In this document: positions 18,421 through 28,829 of the stretch, piece after piece
How positions within the stretch are numbered: position 1 is the stretch's first letter
How the letters are laid out: each line of letters begins with the position of its first letter
Source: Anaerolineales bacterium
GTDB taxonomy: Bacteria; Chloroflexota; Anaerolineae; Anaerolineales; RBG-16-64-43
Direction of reading: 5' to 3'
DNA length: 64,000 nucleotides
Assembly: GCA_016928575.1 (NCBI GenBank)
Contig: JAFGKK010000057.1
Coordinates: 93,386 to 157,385, forward strand
Translations under genes and position numbers: made by a program
Notes under the pieces: model-generated
Told to the model about the DNA's origin: nothing
What the model saw: only the letters and a program-made list of their open reading frames with translations
The model's database searches: none

Positions 18421-18496
18421 TTTAAAGGACGGGACGACAGGCGAAGGTCGTACCGACGATTCCGACGTGCAATGCCGAAGCAACCGGTATTGTGGT

Positions 18497-18538
18497 CCGC
18501 GGCCTGTCCAAATCCTGATCTGAGGCCGGCGGTTTTTT
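18497..18538 (+). terminator. Rho-independent terminator closing the CotH-DUF4956-VTC operon
   Basis: CCGCGGCCT / AGGCCGGCGG stem (9 bp, one bulge) followed by TTTTTT. Confidence 0.65.
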
Positions 18539-18762
18539 GTACGATAAAATCGGGAAGAACCGCGAAGAATCCCCACCCAACAGGATGATGAAAAAAGAAA
18601 AATGGTGGTTGAGTAGCCCCAGCGCTCTTCTGGGGCGTATCAAAAATAAAAAAATGGGATCTCGATACGCCCGCACAGAGGACGGGCACCCCCGGCCTCG
18701 CGCCGCGAAGCGGGGCGGGGCTCAACCGCCTTGTTCAGCACTCTAGGAGAATCGAGGCCGCC

Positions 18763-21700
18763 TCAGCGCGGAAGCTCCAGAAACACCTTCACCACCTGCG
18801 GATCGAATTCCTGGCCCGACCGGTCGCGGATATAGTCGAGGGCCTTTTCCTCCGGCCAAGCGGGACGGTACGGGCGGTCCGAAGTGAGCGCATCGAAGAC
18901 GTCCGCCACGGCGAACACCCGCGCGGCCAGCGGAATCTGTTCGCCTTTCAGCCCGCGCGGATACCCCGAGCCGTCCCACCGTTCGTGGTGGCAATACGGG
19001 ATGTCGAGGGCGGGGCGCAGGAATTCGATCGGCATCAGCATCTCGTAGGCCAGGCCGGGATGCCGCTGCATGACCGCCTTCTCCTCCGCGGTCAGGCTGT
19101 CGGGTTTGTTGAGGATGGAATCGGGGACACCGAGTTTCCCCAAATCGTGGAGCAAAGCCCCGCGCCGGATGTGCACCAGCTCCTCGTTGGGGATCCCAAT
19201 CTTTTTAGCCAACTGAAGCGTGGTTTCCGTCACCCGTTGGCTGTGGCCTTCGGTTTCCTTGTCGCGCAGGTCCATCGCCCGCGACCAGCCCTCGAGGGTG
19301 CTGTCGTACGCCCGCGCAAGCTGGGTGTTCACGCCCTGCAAGTCGGAAAAAAGCGTGGCGTTGTCGATCGCGATCGCCGCCTGGCCGGAAAGGGTGTTGA
19401 GGAAATCCAGCCAATCGTCTTTGGGGACGAACGGAGTCCGGTGGAACAGCTCCAGGATCCCCTTGACCTGGCCCTTGGCGATCAGCGGAACCGAGGTGTG
19501 GGTGACGAAACCCTCACCGGCCACCCGTTCGGGTTTGGCCAGCGGGTCGTTCGAGGTGATCGCGACGTGGCTGATGCGGCGCTCGATGGCGGCCCGCCCC
19601 GCGTGCCCTTCCCCGAAGCGCAGGCGGGTGGCGGCGATCCCCTTTCCCCGAAATCCGCGCCCGGCGAAATATTCCAGCTGCATCATCCGCGGATTGCACA
19701 GCAGGACCGCGGCCGCGTCCACCCGCAGCTGGTTGACGACCTGATCGAGGAAGAAATCCATCGTCACGGATAAATTCAGGCTGGCCGTGATTGCGGTGTC
19801 GATCGCGTGCAGGGCGCTCAAGCGCTCCAGCTGATGCCGGGTCTGTTCGTACAATTGCACGCGCTGGATCGCCGTGCCGGCCATCTCCGCTATGGTAACC
19901 AGCAGATTCACTTCTTCCGATGTAAACTTGCGGGGCTGCGGAACAGCAAGGCAGATCAGGCCGATGCTGTCCTGCCCAGACCGGACCGGAAGGCAGATTC
20001 CCCCCCAGCCCGGCGGGAACGAATCCCTGCGAAGGACCCCGAGATCGGGGTCCCGGGCGAATTCCTCGATGAGATGCACCTGATTCGCGCCGAAAATCGC
20101 GCCGGGGAACCCCTCGCCGGGCTTGGGATTGGTCTTCGGTAGATTGGAAAACCAGCCGCAGTCGGCCGCACGCCCGAGCGTTCCCGCGGACGAATCGAAC
20201 AGCCAGACGGCGCCGGCGTCGCACTCCACCGCGGAAAGCGATTCGTCCAGCAGGCGCGGAATCATTTCCTCGAGGGTCGCCGAGCTGCGCAGGATGACCG
20301 AGACGCGGTTCATCCCCTCCAATTCCCTCACCCGCTTGCGGATTTCCTCCTCCGACCGCTTGCGCTCCGTGATGTCCTGATTGACCCCGTAGGTTTTAAC
20401 GGTCTTTCCCTCTGTATCCTTGACGATGAAAAACCGGACGGAGATGTATCCCGGACTGCCATCGGCGAACCGGATACGGTGTTCCAGGGTCCGGCTGAAG
20501 GCCGGATCCGGGGTTTCGAGCGCCTTTTGGGTTTCCGCGCGGACCAAATCCATGTCGTCCGGATGGACGAACCGCGCGGCGTATTCGGCGGAGGTCATCG
20601 TGTAGCCGCCGGCCTCGGACGCGGTGGTCTTGAAGAGCGCATAGAACTGGTCGTTGAACGTGAACAAGTCCTTTTCTACGTCGTATTCCCACGGCCCCAG
20701 GCGGGCGATGACCGCGGCATTGGCGAACAGAGCTTCACTGTGGCGGAGGGCTTCCTCCGCGCGCCTGCGATCGGTGATGTCTTCGTAGGTGCCGAGGACG
20801 CCGATGACGGCGCCGACGCTGTCGCGCAGCGGCACTTTGTTCGTTCTGGCCCACGCCGTGGTCCCGTCGGCTTGCCGGAAGGATTCGATGATGTCGTTTT
20901 CCGCGGCGCCGGACGCGATGATTTTTTGGTCGTACGAACGGAACGATTCCGCCTGTTTTTTTTCCCACGGAAGGTCGTAATCGCTTTTCCCGACGACTTC
21001 CTGCGAGGATTTCACGCCGATGTATTTCAGAAATGTCCGGTTCGCGCCGAGGTAGCGCAGATCCCGGTCTTTCCAGAATACGGCTGAGGGGATTGAATCC
21101 AACACGGTCTGCAGCATGGCGCGAGAAATCCGCAGCTCCTCTTCCGCCTTTTGGCGCTCGGTGACGTTGCGGATGATTGCCGTTGCAGAGACGCCTTCCC
21201 TGGATTTCCATGTGGATATGCTGATCTCGGCGGGAAACTCGGAACCGTCCCGGCGGATGCCCGCCGCTTGGAAAGGATGCTGGCCGAGGATCAATTGGCC
21301 GGTGACGGCGGGCGGCCGGGGCTGCTTTTCGAATTCCCTCCGGAACCGCTCCGGCAGAATTTGCATCACCGGCTTGCCGATCATTTCGGATTCGGGATAT
21401 CCGAACATGGTTTCGGCCGCATTGTTCCATTGGCGGATGACTCCCTGCGCGTCGTAGGTGACGATGGCGTCTCCGGCCGTCTGAACCACCGAACGCAGTT
21501 GCTCCTCGCTGCGGACCAGCGCCATCTCCGCGCGCTTGCGCTCCGCGACCTCTTGCTGAAGGACCCGGTTGGCTTCCTCCAACTGGAGGGCTTTTTCCTC
21601 CAACTTGCGGATCAGGACCTCGTCGTATTCCTTGGTGATATCCGCCTGGCGGGGATTGGGCGTGCGGACGAGCGCCAGGCCGTCCTCTTCCGCCCTGCGC

Positions 21701-22059
21701 ATCACTTCCCGGATCCGGGCGGAAAACGGTTCCGGTTCGCTGGGTTTGAGGATAAAGTCGTCCGCCCCCATGTCCCTCGCCAAGCGTTCATCCTTTTCAT
21801 CGGTGTAGGTGGCGGTGTATACGACGAAGGGGACGGCCTTGAGCTGCGCGTCGGCCTTCCAACGGCGGAGGAGGGTGTAGCCGTCCATCACGGGCATCAG
21901 CAGATCGGAGATGACGAGCGCCGGAGGATTCTGGCGGGCTTTGATCAGCGCCTCGGCGCCGTGAACGGCTTCCTCCACCTCGTATCCCTGGCTCTGCAAC
22001 AGGGTGCGCAGGAGGTAGCGGCTTTCTTCCTTGTCGTCCGCGATCAGCACTTTTTTCAT
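18763..22059 (-). CDS. Response regulator with PAS and GAF sensor modules and HD-GYP c-di-GMP phosphodiesterase output
   Basis: REC (LIADDKEE...VISDLLMP...ILKP). By eye, three PAS-like and two GAF-like segments. C-terminal HD-GYP (HDLGKLGVP...HHERWDGSGYPRGL...DVFDALTSDRPYR). Confidence 0.9.
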   Translation of the reverse strand: MKKVLIADDKEESRYLLRTLLQSQGYEVEEAVHGAEALIKARQNPPALVISDLLMPVMDGYTLLRRWKADAQLKAVPFVVYTATYTDEKDERLARDMGADDFILKPSEPEPFSARIREVMRRAEEDGLALVRTPNPRQADITKEYDEVLIRKLEEKALQLEEANRVLQQEVAERKRAEMALVRSEEQLRSVVQTAGDAIVTYDAQGVIRQWNNAAETMFGYPESEMIGKPVMQILPERFRREFEKQPRPPAVTGQLILGQHPFQAAGIRRDGSEFPAEISISTWKSREGVSATAIIRNVTERQKAEEELRISRAMLQTVLDSIPSAVFWKDRDLRYLGANRTFLKYIGVKSSQEVVGKSDYDLPWEKKQAESFRSYDQKIIASGAAENDIIESFRQADGTTAWARTNKVPLRDSVGAVIGVLGTYEDITDRRRAEEALRHSEALFANAAVIARLGPWEYDVEKDLFTFNDQFYALFKTTASEAGGYTMTSAEYAARFVHPDDMDLVRAETQKALETPDPAFSRTLEHRIRFADGSPGYISVRFFIVKDTEGKTVKTYGVNQDITERKRSEEEIRKRVRELEGMNRVSVILRSSATLEEMIPRLLDESLSAVECDAGAVWLFDSSAGTLGRAADCGWFSNLPKTNPKPGEGFPGAIFGANQVHLIEEFARDPDLGVLRRDSFPPGWGGICLPVRSGQDSIGLICLAVPQPRKFTSEEVNLLVTIAEMAGTAIQRVQLYEQTRHQLERLSALHAIDTAITASLNLSVTMDFFLDQVVNQLRVDAAAVLLCNPRMMQLEYFAGRGFRGKGIAATRLRFGEGHAGRAAIERRISHVAITSNDPLAKPERVAGEGFVTHTSVPLIAKGQVKGILELFHRTPFVPKDDWLDFLNTLSGQAAIAIDNATLFSDLQGVNTQLARAYDSTLEGWSRAMDLRDKETEGHSQRVTETTLQLAKKIGIPNEELVHIRRGALLHDLGKLGVPDSILNKPDSLTAEEKAVMQRHPGLAYEMLMPIEFLRPALDIPYCHHERWDGSGYPRGLKGEQIPLAARVFAVADVFDALTSDRPYRPAWPEEKALDYIRDRSGQEFDPQVVKVFLELPR

Positions 22060-22445
22060 GCGGATTTGCCCTCTTCGGAGTTTTTCAGGTATCGGCTGAT
22101 TTCCTCCGCGAAGGTTTCCGGACGAATGGGTTTTTCGATGTAGCCGTTGCAGCCGGCGGCGATGGTTTTCTCACGGTCGCCGGTCATGGCGTAGGACGTG
22201 ACGGCCACGATCGGCGTATCCTTGAGCGCCGGGTTTTCCCGCAGGGACCGGGCGACGGCGTAGCCGTCCATCCCGGGCAGTTGGATGTCGAGCAGGATCA
22301 GGTGCGGCAGGAGCCGCCCGGCCTGTTCGATCCCCGCCGGCCCGTCGGCCGCTGAAAGCACCCGGTGCCCGTGTTTTTCCAGCAGAAACGTGGCCAGGTA
22401 GCGGTTTTGCTCGTTGTCTTCGATCAGCAGGATCGTGTGAGTCAT
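22056..22445 (-). CDS. Single-domain CheY-like response regulator
   Basis: MTHTILLIEDNEQNRYL...LILLDIQLPGMDG...VTSYA...YIEKP. ATG 22445 overlaps the kinase stop (ATGA) and its own stop overlaps the next start (ATGA). The track start 22502 lies inside the kinase gene. Confidence 0.9.
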   Translation of the reverse strand: MTHTILLIEDNEQNRYLATFLLEKHGHRVLSAADGPAGIEQAGRLLPHLILLDIQLPGMDGYAVARSLRENPALKDTPIVAVTSYAMTGDREKTIAAGCNGYIEKPIRPETFAEEISRYLKNSEEGKSA

Positions 22446-24961
22446 GGATTCGGCGTCTCCTTCGCCGGCAGGAAAAGCGTAAAGGTGCTGCCTTTGCCCC
22501 ACTCGCTCTCGGCGCGGATCTCGCCGCCGAGCAGATCCGCCAGCCGGCGGCAGATGGCCAGGCCCAAACCGGTGCCTTCGTGCTGGCGGGTCAGGCCGGA
22601 GTCGATTTGGTGGAAGGGTTGGAATAAATCCTGCAGGTCACCGGGTCGGATTCCGATGCCGGTGTCGGCGATGGAAACCTGCAGGGCGGTTTGCGGCGCA
22701 CGATATGGGAACGGCGCGAACGAAGCCGTCAGCGATATCACCCCCCGGTCGGTGAATTTGACCGCGTTGTTCAGCAGGTTGATCAGGATCTGCTCGACCC
22801 GCCGGACATCGCTGACGAAGACTCCGATCTCCGGCGCCGGATCGGCCTGCAGCGCCAAGCCCTTCTTCTCCGCCAGCGGCCGGACGAGGCCGACGACCTT
22901 TTCCAGCGAAGCGCGCAGATCGAACGGCTCCGGATGGATCTCCAGCTGGCCGGCTTCGATCTTGGAGATGTCGAGCACGTCGTTGATCAGCGCCAGGAGA
23001 TGCCGGGCGCTGTCGCGGACCATGGTGAGTTGTTTGGTTTGTTCCGCGGTCAGAGGTCCGGCCATTTCCTGCAGGAGGATCCCGGTAAACCCGATGATCG
23101 AATTCAACGGCGTGCGCAGCTCGTGCGACATGGTCGCCAGAAAGGCGGATTTCAAGCGGTCCGCCGCCTCGGCGCGGTCCTTCGCCACCGCCAATTCGGC
23201 CGTCCTCTCGGCCACGCGCTGTTCGAGGGTGGCGTTCAATTCCCGGATGGCTTCCTCCGCCTTTTTCCGTTCGCTGATGTCGGTGCCGACGCTCAGAATT
23301 TCGGAGATCCGGCCTTGTTCGTCTTTGACCATCCGGTTGGTCCATGCGATCCACACCCGCTCGCCGTTGCGGCGCATGTTTTCGTTGATGTTCTGTTCAA
23401 ACGCCGACGGGTCCGCTAGCACCTGTTCCATCAGGCCCCCCAGATCGCGGCCGTGGCTGTCGACGGCCGGGACGATCGTTCCGACGACCGGCCGGCCGAA
23501 GATCTCCGCCGAGGAATATCCGAAGAAGCGCAGGCCGAATTCGTTCAGGAAAAGGATCTTTCCGTCGCGCGACCAGCGCAGAATGATGCTGTTGGCGTGT
23601 TCGACCAACTCGCGGTACTTGCGTTCGCTTTCGGCCAGCCGCGCCTCGGAATCCTTGCGCCGGGTGATGTCGCGGATGATCATGCTGGTGCGCGTTTCCC
23701 CCTGCGCGTCCCGGAAGAGGGCGGTGGATATTTCGGCCGGAAACGCCGCTCCGTCCTTCCTGCGAAGCATGAGCTCGCCGTGGAACTCGCCTTGGTTCAG
23801 CCTTTCCGCCAGCGCCTGCGCAAGCTGCGGGTCCGAATCGTCCGCCACGCCGTTCCTTCCGGCGGCGAGCAATTCCTCCTCCGTCATCCCGAAGATGCGG
23901 CAGGCGGCGGGATTTGCCGAGAAGATCCTGCCGTCGGGCGCCGTGAGCAGGATGCCGTCGGTGCTGGTACGGATCAACAGCCGGTAGCGCTCCTCGCTTT
24001 CCCGCAGGGCTTGGTTGGCCGACCGAAGATTTTTCGTGCGCGACCGGACCTGGCCTTCCAAAAGCAAAATCCAGCCGGCCCCGGCGGCGAGGAGGACTCC
24101 GGCGATTCCGATCCCCCAATACACGGCTTGCGGCACGTGGTAGACGGGGGCCGATTGCGTCCAGCGGCTGAGAGTCCGGTAATACGGTGAATTGGGCTCG
24201 GCGATCCATGCCGCCAAATGCCGGTCGACCGCTTGCAGGATATCTTGGTTCCCCCCCTCGGCCGTCGCAAAATATAAGGACACGGGGTTAAACACGATCG
24301 AGGTTTTGGCCAGCCCGTATTCCCGGAAGAAATAATCCCCAAAAAAGTTATTGGCGATGGCCGCGTCGGCGTCCCCGTCGGCTGTTCGTTGGAACGCTTC
24401 CGTGAAGCTCCCGGCCGGAACGATCGTCACATCGAAACCAAATCCCCGCATGTATTGATCGAACACCGTTTGCTGGATGGAGCCTTCCAGAACCGCGATC
24501 CGCTTTCCGGCCAGGTCATCGTATCCCGTGATGTCCAGGCCGGATACGGCGTAAACCTGAGACCAACTTTCCAGGATCGGCGTAAGATGGAAATCGAACT
24601 TCCGATCGCGCTCGTCCGAATAGGCGACGTCCGGCATAAGGTCGATCTCGCCCGATTCCAGCATGGCCAGGCAGTCGGCCCAGGCGCATGGCACGAAGGT
24701 CAGGGCCCAACCCTCCTGCTCGCCGATCGCCCGGATCAGGTCTACGAAAATCCCCGCCGGAGCTCCCTCCCCGTCCGTGAATACCTTGGGCGGGTTTTCA
24801 TACAGGCCAACCCGGAAAGCGTTCGGGGCGGCGCCCGCCGGAGCGGCGGCGGACGCAACCGAAGACAGACAAAGGATGCCGGTCAGGACCCACAATCGCA
24901 TCCTCCGCATTCCAGAGAGAGGACGAGGAAACCCCGCAGGGAAAGCTTGGTCCATCTTCAT
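22442..24961 (-). CDS. Sensor histidine kinase with periplasmic solute-binding (SBP_bac_3-like) domain and PAS modules
   Basis: Signal/TM, amino-acid-SBP-like ectodomain (FRVGLYENPPKVF...IDLMPDVAY...), TM, PAS repeats, HisKA (ATMSHELRTPLNSIIG), HATPase (GTGLGLAI...). Start may be ATG 24910 (MRRMRLWVL...). Confidence 0.9.
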   Translation of the reverse strand: MKMDQAFPAGFPRPLSGMRRMRLWVLTGILCLSSVASAAAPAGAAPNAFRVGLYENPPKVFTDGEGAPAGIFVDLIRAIGEQEGWALTFVPCAWADCLAMLESGEIDLMPDVAYSDERDRKFDFHLTPILESWSQVYAVSGLDITGYDDLAGKRIAVLEGSIQQTVFDQYMRGFGFDVTIVPAGSFTEAFQRTADGDADAAIANNFFGDYFFREYGLAKTSIVFNPVSLYFATAEGGNQDILQAVDRHLAAWIAEPNSPYYRTLSRWTQSAPVYHVPQAVYWGIGIAGVLLAAGAGWILLLEGQVRSRTKNLRSANQALRESEERYRLLIRTSTDGILLTAPDGRIFSANPAACRIFGMTEEELLAAGRNGVADDSDPQLAQALAERLNQGEFHGELMLRRKDGAAFPAEISTALFRDAQGETRTSMIIRDITRRKDSEARLAESERKYRELVEHANSIILRWSRDGKILFLNEFGLRFFGYSSAEIFGRPVVGTIVPAVDSHGRDLGGLMEQVLADPSAFEQNINENMRRNGERVWIAWTNRMVKDEQGRISEILSVGTDISERKKAEEAIRELNATLEQRVAERTAELAVAKDRAEAADRLKSAFLATMSHELRTPLNSIIGFTGILLQEMAGPLTAEQTKQLTMVRDSARHLLALINDVLDISKIEAGQLEIHPEPFDLRASLEKVVGLVRPLAEKKGLALQADPAPEIGVFVSDVRRVEQILINLLNNAVKFTDRGVISLTASFAPFPYRAPQTALQVSIADTGIGIRPGDLQDLFQPFHQIDSGLTRQHEGTGLGLAICRRLADLLGGEIRAESEWGKGSTFTLFLPAKETPNP

Positions 24962-25144
24962 TGGGCAATCCGAAAGCCTCCGCTCTCGAGAGGCGGGACC
25001 GTCTTTCTATTGTGAACGAGGAAATCGCAAAACGCAAGCGGAGCGAACGGTGCCGATTAGCTATAGCGCCGAATCGGCGGCGAACGCAGGCAGATTTCAT
25101 GAAGAATTAACCGCCGGCGGGAAGAGGCGACGATCCGGCTGAAT

Positions 25145-26380
25145 ATGAATATAGGAAGAAGGTTGTATCATTGGAGAACCATGCCGGCCGCCGATTTCGG
25201 TTTGTACCTTCACCTTCCCTTTTGCGTCCGCCGCTGTTCGTATTGCGATTTTTTCTCGACGGAGGGACAATTGCGCCGGCTGCCCGCCTACCTCCGGGCG
25301 CTGGTTAGCGAGTTGGAACGAATCGGCGAGGCGGGAAAAAGACCTTCGGCGGGAAGCGTCTTTTTTGGCGGAGGCACACCGTCGCTGTTGGCTCCGCGGC
25401 AGGCGGCGCGCATCCTGCACACGATCCGGCGTGCATTTCACCTGAACCCTAATGCGGAAATCACCCTGGAAGCGAATCCCGGGACGCTCGACGAGGGCAG
25501 GCTGGCGGAGTTCCGATCGGCGGGAATCAATCGGCTGAGTCTGGGGGTTCAATCCATGGGGGAAGCGGAACTGCGGATGCTCGGCCGGATCCATACCGCC
25601 GCCGATTCCGTGCGGACCTGCGCGGACGCTCGCCGCGCCGGATGGACGAATATCAGCCTGGATTTGATGTTCGGCCTACCGGGGCAGAGCCGGGCGGATT
25701 GGGAGGGGACGCTCCGGCGCGCACTGGCACTCGAGCCGGAGCATCTCTCGCTGTATGCGCTGACCCTCGAACGAGGTACGGCGCTTTCGCGCGCGGTCCG
25801 GCGCGGAGCGCTTCCCGCCCCGGACGAGGACCGAACTGCGGAGATGTATGAATTGGCGCAGGAATTGCTGGCGGAGGCGGGATACCGGCATTACGAGATC
25901 TCCAACTGGGCTCGCGACAAAGACAAGGCGGGCGGAGCCCGGTTTCCCGCATACGCCTGCCAACACAACCTGCGTTACTGGCTGAACCTGCCTTATTTGG
26001 GCTTCGGGGCCGGAGCGCACGGCTGCGCGGCCGGAAAGCGGTATGCCAACGTCCGGTCGATAGAAAAATACATCGGTCGGATGAGCGCGGAGCGCCGCCC
26101 GCGGTTCCCGTATTCCCCCGCGTGCTCCATCCGCGCGGCGCGGGACGGCGAGGCAGAAATGCGCGAGGCGATGTGGCTTGGTTTGCGATTGACCGAAGCC
26201 GGCGTGGACCGCGCGGAGTACCGCGGGCGGTATGGCGTGGATTACTGCGAAAAGTTCCGCGTGGAAATCGAGTCCCTTCTCGGACAGGAATTGGTGGAAT
26301 GGGCGGCGGACCGCGGCGCCCTGCGCTTGGCCGCCCGCGCAAGGCTGTTGGGAAACCGGGTGTTCCAAGCTTTCGTTTAG
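25145..26380 (+). CDS. hemW: Radical SAM heme chaperone HemW / HemN-like
   Basis: LYLHLPFCVRRCSYCDF (CxxxCxxC), GGGTPS, HemN C-terminal-like region. Start could be ATG 25181. Confidence 0.88.
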   Translation: MNIGRRLYHWRTMPAADFGLYLHLPFCVRRCSYCDFFSTEGQLRRLPAYLRALVSELERIGEAGKRPSAGSVFFGGGTPSLLAPRQAARILHTIRRAFHLNPNAEITLEANPGTLDEGRLAEFRSAGINRLSLGVQSMGEAELRMLGRIHTAADSVRTCADARRAGWTNISLDLMFGLPGQSRADWEGTLRRALALEPEHLSLYALTLERGTALSRAVRRGALPAPDEDRTAEMYELAQELLAEAGYRHYEISNWARDKDKAGGARFPAYACQHNLRYWLNLPYLGFGAGAHGCAAGKRYANVRSIEKYIGRMSAERRPRFPYSPACSIRAARDGEAEMREAMWLGLRLTEAGVDRAEYRGRYGVDYCEKFRVEIESLLGQELVEWAADRGALRLAARARLLGNRVFQAFV

Positions 26381-26637
26381 CTCGAAGTGAAAGATCGTTG
26401 CCGGTCCCCGTCGCGGCGGGCGTCCTCCGCCAAACGCGTGGATCCCGATCCAAGGCGGGCTGGAATTTCAGGGGATCGTCAGATCCACGATGCGCAGCCG
26501 GCAGTCAAATGCGCCTTGCCATTTGCCGCACGGGGTTTCTACGCGGGCAGACCGGGGCGGCGGGGTAGGAGATGGAATGTTGTGGATTGGCGTGTCGCCG
26601 GGGAGACGGGTCAAGTCCTTACCGGAGAAAATTGCCC

Positions 26638-27639
26638 CTACTTGCGGCGTTCAAGCAAAGCTTGGGCGAGGGCTTCAAGCCGCGGGCGGTAATCCCCTTG
26701 GGGATCGGCTTTGCGGAGGGATTCGAACGCCCGATTCATCCATTGACGGGAAAGGGAGGTCACGTGCCCGCGCGCGCCGCAAGCTTCGAGCTCGGCGAGC
26801 AGCGGCGGGAGCAATTCAAGCCTGACCTTTTCCGCCATCAGCGCGCGGAATTTTTCGGAATGTTCGATCCCATACAGGATCGGAAGACTCTTCTTCCGGG
26901 CCAGAAGGTCGCCGGCGTTGGGCTTCCCGGTGAGATTCGGATCGCCCCAGACGCCCAGGTAATCGTCCTGGATTTGAAACGCCAGCCCCAGCGATCGGCC
27001 GAAATCCGCAAAGGCCGCTTGCCGCTCCGGAGGGGCGTCCGCGCTTACCGCACCCAAACGGCAGGCAGATTCGACCAGAGCCGCGGTTTTCCCTTCGATC
27101 ATCGCTTCGTATTCCGCCAGGGATATTTCACGCGCATTTTCAAAAGTTAAATCCAGGAATTGACCGTAGGTCAACCGGCGGCAGGTCTCGGAGAGGATCC
27201 GCACCCAATCCGCGGCACGGGGGGATTTCGCTTCCGCTAAGGCGGCAAAGGCGAGGGTGAATATCGCGTCGCCGACGTTGATCGCCTGGGGAGCGCCGTA
27301 GCGTTTCCACACCGCCGGCCGGCCGCGGCGGGTGGCGTCGTCGTCTTGGATGTCGTCGTGAATGAGGGAAAACGAGTGTATCAGTTCGACGGCGCAGGCC
27401 GGCGGCAGGGCCGTCCGCCAGTCGGAGCCGCAGCCTCCGCAAACCAACAGGCAGAGCAGGGGGCGGATCCGCTTCCCGGTCGTCTTGGGTCCGGCGCCTT
27501 CCCCGGACCATCCCATGGCATAGGAGGCCATTTCCCATAAGCCGTCGTGCGGCGCCCGTAAACGGCCGGTGATGCGCTGCAAACCGGCATCGAGTTCGTC
27601 CAGCATCGGTTCGGCGGCGGATGCGGGGGGGGGAGTCAT
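26638..27639 (-). CDS. Polyprenyl (geranylgeranyl) diphosphate synthase
   Basis: FARM LIHDDIQDDD and SARM FQIQDDYLG. ATG 27639 overlaps the idi2 stop (ATGA). The track ORF over-extends to 28245 inside idi2. Confidence 0.9.
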   Translation of the reverse strand: MTPPPASAAEPMLDELDAGLQRITGRLRAPHDGLWEMASYAMGWSGEGAGPKTTGKRIRPLLCLLVCGGCGSDWRTALPPACAVELIHSFSLIHDDIQDDDATRRGRPAVWKRYGAPQAINVGDAIFTLAFAALAEAKSPRAADWVRILSETCRRLTYGQFLDLTFENAREISLAEYEAMIEGKTAALVESACRLGAVSADAPPERQAAFADFGRSLGLAFQIQDDYLGVWGDPNLTGKPNAGDLLARKKSLPILYGIEHSEKFRALMAEKVRLELLPPLLAELEACGARGHVTSLSRQWMNRAFESLRKADPQGDYRPRLEALAQALLERRK

Positions 27640-28664
27640 GTCTTCCTGAGAGGAAGTCCGCGCAGTGTGGATAGATCGCGGGCACCCGCGGCGAACATCG
27701 TCACCCGCAATTCCGCGATGAGGCGCTGAAGCTCTTTTTCGACGTCCGAAGCCCCGCGGATGGCCGCTTGCAGAAGCGGACCGGCGACGCCCGCCAGATG
27801 CGCGCCGAGGGCGATGCACTTCGCGATCTCCATCCCGTTGCGCAGGCCGCCGGAAGCGATCAGCGGCAGATGCGGCACCGCTTTGCGGCAATCCACGAGC
27901 GATTCGGCGGTGGAAAGGCCCCAATCGTGGAACAGGGACGCCAACCGAACGCCATCGCGGGTCCGGGTCCGGTGTTTTTCCACCTGCGACCAGGATGTCC
28001 CGCCAGCGCCGGCGATGTCGATCGCGGCCACCCCGGCCATTGCCAGGCGCCGCGCCGTCTCCCCGCCGATTCCCCAGCCGACTTCCTTCACCACCACCGG
28101 CACGGGAAGGGCGCGGCAAACCGCCTCGATTTTTTCGAGGAGCCCCGCAAATTCGGTGTCGCCCTCGGGCTGAAGCGCCTCCTGCAGAGGATTCAGGTGG
28201 AGGATCAGCGCATCGGCATCCGATAGTTCGACCGCCCGGCGGCATTCGTCGGCCGAATATCCGTAATTGAGTTGGATGGCGCCGAGGTTCGCAAACAGCA
28301 GGATGTCGGGGGCGATGTCCCGCACCCGGTAGGTGGCGGCCAAGGCGGGGTTCTCCAGCGCCGGGCGGAGCGACCCAAGCCCCATTGCTACCCCCACGGA
28401 TTGTGCGGCGCCGGCCAGGGCCCGGTTAAGCCGGCGGGCCTGCGCGGTGCCGCCGGTCATCGAAGAAATCATTAGAGGCGCACTCAGACGGCGTTGGAAA
28501 AAGGATGTCTGGGTGACGATGTCGGCTAGATTGATTTCCGGAAGCGCTTGATGGTCGAAACGGTATTTGCCCAATCCGGTCGACACCCCGGATTGAACGT
28601 TTTTTTCCAGATTAATACGGATATGATCCGCCTTGCGGGATTCGCTTTGCGTAACTTTTTTCAT
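27636..28664 (-). CDS. fni: Isopentenyl-diphosphate delta-isomerase, type 2 (FMN-dependent)
   Basis: [11 protein letters not shown]...LMISSMTGG...[10 protein letters not shown]...GAGGTSW are type 2 IDI hallmarks. Confidence 0.93.
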   Translation of the reverse strand: MKKVTQSESRKADHIRINLEKNVQSGVSTGLGKYRFDHQALPEINLADIVTQTSFFQRRLSAPLMISSMTGGTAQARRLNRALAGAAQSVGVAMGLGSLRPALENPALAATYRVRDIAPDILLFANLGAIQLNYGYSADECRRAVELSDADALILHLNPLQEALQPEGDTEFAGLLEKIEAVCRALPVPVVVKEVGWGIGGETARRLAMAGVAAIDIAGAGGTSWSQVEKHRTRTRDGVRLASLFHDWGLSTAESLVDCRKAVPHLPLIASGGLRNGMEIAKCIALGAHLAGVAGPLLQAAIRGASDVEKELQRLIAELRVTMFAAGARDLSTLRGLPLRKT

Positions 28665-28829
28665 GCCGCGGTGTTGATGATGGTGATTTCAGGCATGGTA
28701 CCAGTCCGCCTGGGGGGTGTCAATGCCGGGCTTGACGGTGTCGAAGCGTCCACGTACAATTGGTCTGCTTCCACCCGTCCGCGAGGAAATGGGCTGCAAC
28801 TCAGAATGAATTTTAAGGAGGAATACTCG

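Noticed and set aside
22365-23987. 540-aa plus-strand ORF
   Set aside because: Antisense to the histidine kinase gene. It is extremely Ser/Arg-rich and lacks motifs.
27640-28245. N-terminal 202 residues of track ORF 26638-28245
   Set aside because: They lie inside the type 2 IDI gene in another frame and are Arg/Gly-rich. The polyprenyl synthase homology begins at ATG 27639, which forms an ATGA junction with the idi2 stop. The extensions 31410-31988 (thyX into ribF), 15922-16344 (DUF4956 gene into CotH), 49614-50129 (recG), 50231-51394 and 40079-40405 (scpA) were trimmed on the same logic.
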